Source of the DNA: Hydrolagus affinis
Lineage: Eukaryota
DNA length: 64,000 bases
NCBI GenBank assembly: GCA_012026655.1
Contig: JAAILG010000017.1
Location: 124,001-188,000, forward strand
Reading direction: 5' to 3'
In this document: positions 60,216 to 64,000 of the stretch, one piece after another
Position numbering within the stretch: position 1 is the first letter of the stretch
Layout: every line of letters begins with the position of its first letter
The notes under the pieces: model-generated
What the model saw: only the letters and a program-made list of their open reading frames with translations
What the model was told of the DNA's origin: nothing
Database searches by the model: none
Made by a program: the position numbers and the translations under genes

Positions 60216-62009
60216 CAAAATGACTGCCTGAATGCCATATCTGCCCTGCAACAAGAGCCATCGGACTCAACAGCAGTTTCCGCGAAGCGCTTTAGAGACA
60301 TTTCAATTTTGTAGATGCCGTAAAGATGGATTTCGCAAGCATGAGCCTCGAGTTGAAATTTCACCCCCAAGGTCACCCAAAATATAATACGAGAGTCAAG
60401 GAATTTATGGAGTGGTGCGGATAGATTCAACGTGAAGGAATCATGGGTTCTAACCAGAATAGATGCTGCTATATCTTATTTTCTGATTTGAGATCTACTC
60501 CATATGGACACAGTCCATCATTCAAAGAATTCAATAAAGTGCTCGATGTCAAATTGCTGCTTTCTGGCTGCCTGGTGCCACTTAGATTCTTGGATAAATC
60601 TGAACGTTCTCATGATTCAGGGACTTCCTGGATAAGATTGCAATGTGTTTCAAACCCATCATGTCAAACTGGATATCCTTTGCAAGTTGGACTGCGAGAT
60701 TGTTTGCGATCACTCGCTGGTGCCAGAAACGAGCTCCACAGGTGTTGTTTTCCTCGAATGACAGGTAATGTAGTGTCAATGACTGAGAGTAGAATCCAGG
60801 CCAACATTTAAGAGGATGAGATTTCAGTCGTGGTTTTTGCCGAGAGACTCAACCAGCCCAGATCAATGTGATATGATCTTTCATCTTCCACAATTGCCAT
60901 TTCCTTCCTACATCGCCTCTTGGCTTCTGCGGAGGTTTAACAATCCTTGCATTTGATATGGCGCCTAATCAAGATCTCCAAGCACTTTGAGTGAACCGTT
61001 CTCTCGTGCCAGATTCCTGCCTTATTCACTTACGTGGCGCGAACGCTACGGTTCCCACTGAACAGTGACTTACAACAGCCATGAAATATGACGGAATTCA
61101 TTGTGTAACGTATCCGTTGGGTTTTGGGCACTCCGATTTATTCCTGATAATCTGTTTAATTCGTAGTTTCGACTTTGAGCACTTATGGATTACTGTTCGG
61201 AGAAGGTTTACTTTTCGTATCGGCTTCAACACAAGTGGAAATAAGTAGTCAGCAAAGCAGGGACGTGACCACATACAGGATAATACTGGCAGTGATTTCT
61301 TATACGCGTTACTTTTACTGGACGGAATACACAAGCTCTTTCTGAGGCGATTGTTACACATGTACGGTGCCATTTTAAGGTTTGTTAAATTCTTAATGAT
61401 TTGTTACCTCCAGCTTAAACCTGAGTTCAAAAGCAATAACTCTGAGCTTTTCACTCTCACTCCAGTGCCTGGCCCTGTTCCAAGAAAGGCCTTGGTTGCT
61501 TATTTCAAACTCGGGTTCACCATAACCTTCTGACTCGCCTGTACTACCTTCAGAGGGAGGGCAGGATGCACATTTTTAGCAGAAACCCGATTCACTTATT
61601 CGGAACGGAATAGTTTGCATTCTCTCATGTCATCGCTGGCTTATTCCATCATCTTTCACTTTATATCTTTAGATAAAACTAAGTAATTACTTCTGTTCCA
61701 TACCCAGCATATCGCACACTGGTTTCCAAGCGCACCGCTGTGTTATACACGACTGCACATTGTTTAACCTGTTATCACCTCATAAGCCCAACTGGCACCA
61801 TCGTACCTGGGGCGGTTCCTATCTGTCGGTCCCAGAAATAAAACTGAGAAAGAGTCAAAGGTGAGGCTTAAGAGATACGAAGGAAGAGAGCAGAGATGTC
61901 TAGAATGTGGAGGAGTTGGTGGCGTATTTGGAGAGAAGGTTGGGAGGATCTCTGTATCGCAGAGATTTTCTCAGCCGTTCATGTTGTGAATATTTATCTG
62001 TTAAGGTTG

Positions 62010-62725
62010 TTTTCTTTCAAAGGCCTCCATGGTCTTGCTCCCCATCTGCCTCTACAATCTCCTAACCCCCTACCAACCCACCCACTGCTTCGACTCAGCG
62101 TGCTGCGGCCAGCTTCGCATCCCCCGCCTTGACACTATTGTCGGGCGGGCCTTCAGCCACTATGCTCCCACCCACTGGAACTCCATCCTGCAGTCCCTCT
62201 AGCTTGCCCCCTCCCTTGCCTTCTTCAAGAGGACTCCCTGTAATTCAGTGGTTAGAGCACTTGCCTTGCAAGAAAGAAACCTAGGTTCAATTCCAGGCAG
62301 ATCAGAGCAAAACCTTGGGCAAGTTTTCTTACTCCACATGCCTAATAATATTCTCTCAAAATTTTGGGGGGTTAATTCAATCCACGACTGTTTGTGGGAC
62401 ACTGCTGTGCGTAATTGGCTGTCGTGTTTCCCCCATGAATATATGGTCAATTCACTTTACAGTATATTCTGTGAGGCACTTTGAGATGTCTAGAAGATGT
62501 GAAAAGTGTTATATCAAACTCAAGGATTATTATTATTATTTTTAGATATTTTTTATTATTATTAAGACCCTCCTCTTCAACCGTGCCTTTAGTCACCCTC
62601 CTACCCAACCCTGCCCCTCCACCCTTGCCAATCCCGACTCCCAGCTTGGGTCCAAAACACTGATTGTCCAGCGTCTAAGGACGTTCTTCTGATGTGAAAT
62701 GCGCTATAGAAATCTAATTGTCTTC
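62010..62725 (+). mobile_element. L2 3' fragment split by a SINE insertion (L2 parts about 62010-62230 and 62564-62725)
   Basis: FKGLHGLAP motif, then gccttcagccactatgctcc...ctggaactcc. Resumes aagaccctcctcttcaaccgtgcc and ends agcgtctaaggacgttcttctgatgtgaaatgcgctata. Confidence 0.85.
62231..62563 (+). mobile_element. Full-length tRNA-Ala-headed SINE nested in L2
   Basis: cctgtaattcagtggttagagcacttgccttgcaag...ggttcaattcc, body, tail caagga(tta)n. Confidence 0.9.
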
Positions 62726-62799
62726 TCTTCAAATTATTGCATTTGTCACCGGTAGTTTCTATTCCATGCTGAGGTAAATTATCACAGCCAGGGCAGCAG

Positions 62800-63125
62800 A
62801 TGGGATGATTCAAATGAGGACATTTATAGCCTCATTACCACTACGTTGGGAAATCAGAATAAAACAGAGTCCTGATTGCTGTACGCAGAACCCTTGGTGT
62901 GAGAGATGTATATGTGTGTGTGTATGTGTGTGTGTATATGTGGATGTTGGGTGTGTGGATGAGCATTAGATTGGGCTCAGCTGTGGTTGAATGGCTGCCA
63001 AGACTCGCTGTCAAGACTCTTACATGAATAAGCGGTGAGATACCATTGTGCCTCTGGCACCTGAGAAACCGCACTCTGCTGGAAAGAAACCAGATTTGAG
63101 CACCTCCAGGAAAGTGACAAGCAGA
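62800..63125 (+). mobile_element. Old SINE second family with internal (TG)n expansion
   Basis: tcctgattgct...(tg)n...gattgggctcagctgtggttgaatggctgccaagactcgctgtc...ggtgagatacc aligns with the reverse complements of 13790-14075 and 39625-39975. Confidence 0.55.
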
Positions 63126-63616
63126 AGGTGGGGGAGGGGGTGGGGGTTGGAAAGGAAAACAGAGAATGTTCTTTCTTTGCGACGAATTGGATAAACAAAG
63201 ATGTTTCCTGTTCTGGAAATCAAACAATCGTATCTTCTGTCATCATCACCAAAGCAACAACTTCGTCATTTGTTAGTCACACAGTTATTGCCACTTTTCA
63301 GATGGTGTGAGAAATACAATCAATATGTTACAGCTGTTTGATCTTTTGCGAAGGATAGTCTGTGCTCTCCCTTTATTGCTGTGCCAATGCCCCTTTGTAT
63401 GATTTCAGATCTAATGCAGCAGTCAGTTTCCGATACGAGTGAATAACCACAAAAGTCACTTTTTTGGGTAAAAATCTCCCCTCCTTTGGTTCACCTGGGA
63501 TTTGAGTTGTGTTTCACAAATCCTGATGATATCAGTTGAGGGGTGTCTCAGTGCAGACACCACCACAGTTTGCTCACCTGGGGGTATCACAGTTTCTACG
63601 TGATATCACCAGCATC

Positions 63617-63928
63617 CAAATATACAGTCAATTCACTTTATATTCTGTGAAGCGCTTTGAGACGTCACAAGGATTATTGTTATTGCACCATTGGTAGCCG
63701 GGCACTATGCCCCGAAATTCTGGAACACTCTCCCACTGTCCCACTGCCTTACCCCCTCCTTCCCATTCTTCAGGTTGCACCTGAAGACCTAATAATAGTA
63801 GTAATAATAATAATAATAATAATAATCCTTGCATTGGTTATAGCGCCTTATCATGTCTTCGAGTCGTCTCAAAGAGCGTCGCTGAATACACTGTAAAGTG
63901 AATTGATTGTAAATTGTGTGGACGAAAC
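63617..63928. mobile_element. Two SINE tail fragments in tail-to-tail inverted orientation
   Basis: + copy at 63617-63686 (cagtcaattcacttt...gagacgtcacaaggattatt) and - copy at 63791-63928 ((aat)n ccttgca...gtctcaaag...aaagtgaattgattg). Confidence 0.8.
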
Positions 63929-64000
63929 CTTCCTCTCCGACCATGCCTAAGGTCACCTCCCTCTCTCTCCCACCCCCTCCACCCCCGCACTGACTCCCGC

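Noticed and set aside
60443-60811. 122 aa ORF as an exon of a downstream gene
   Set aside because: No recognisable homology on either strand and no clear splice signals; a BLASTx would settle it.

Overview
Eukaryotic, vertebrate genomic DNA (AT-rich, repeat-rich). The repeat content (tRNA-Ala-headed SINEs with L2-type tails, Deu-domain SINEs, CR1/L2 relics, a Penelope-like relic) points to a cartilaginous fish, possibly a holocephalan; this is inference. The window holds the 3' two-thirds of a + strand NFATC2 (NFAT1) gene. Seven GT-AG coding exons (113-315, 7953-8125, 9805-9945, 19314-19369, 20327-20456, 21433-22263, 45877-45932; 1590 nt, in frame) encode most of the Rel-homology DNA-binding domain, the IPT/TIG domain, the NLS and the C-terminal transactivation domain ending LDD-VNEIISKDLSGITARGQS*. 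A roughly 5 kb 3' UTR follows, then about 13 kb with no recognisable gene. Most entries in the supplied ORF track are chance or repeat-derived. I see no prokaryote-type system and cannot support a wholly new biological system. The best leads are: a possible vestigial copy of the mammalian NFATC2 isoform-B cassette exon, a five-fold H-x-S-P-x-x-Q repeat in TAD2, a roughly 200 bp palindromic element family, two classes of SINE/LINE tail hairpins with a compensatory change, nested and multimeric SINE insertions, and a decayed Penelope-type hammerhead. Repeat boundaries are approximate, and comparisons to human sequences are from memory, not from a search.
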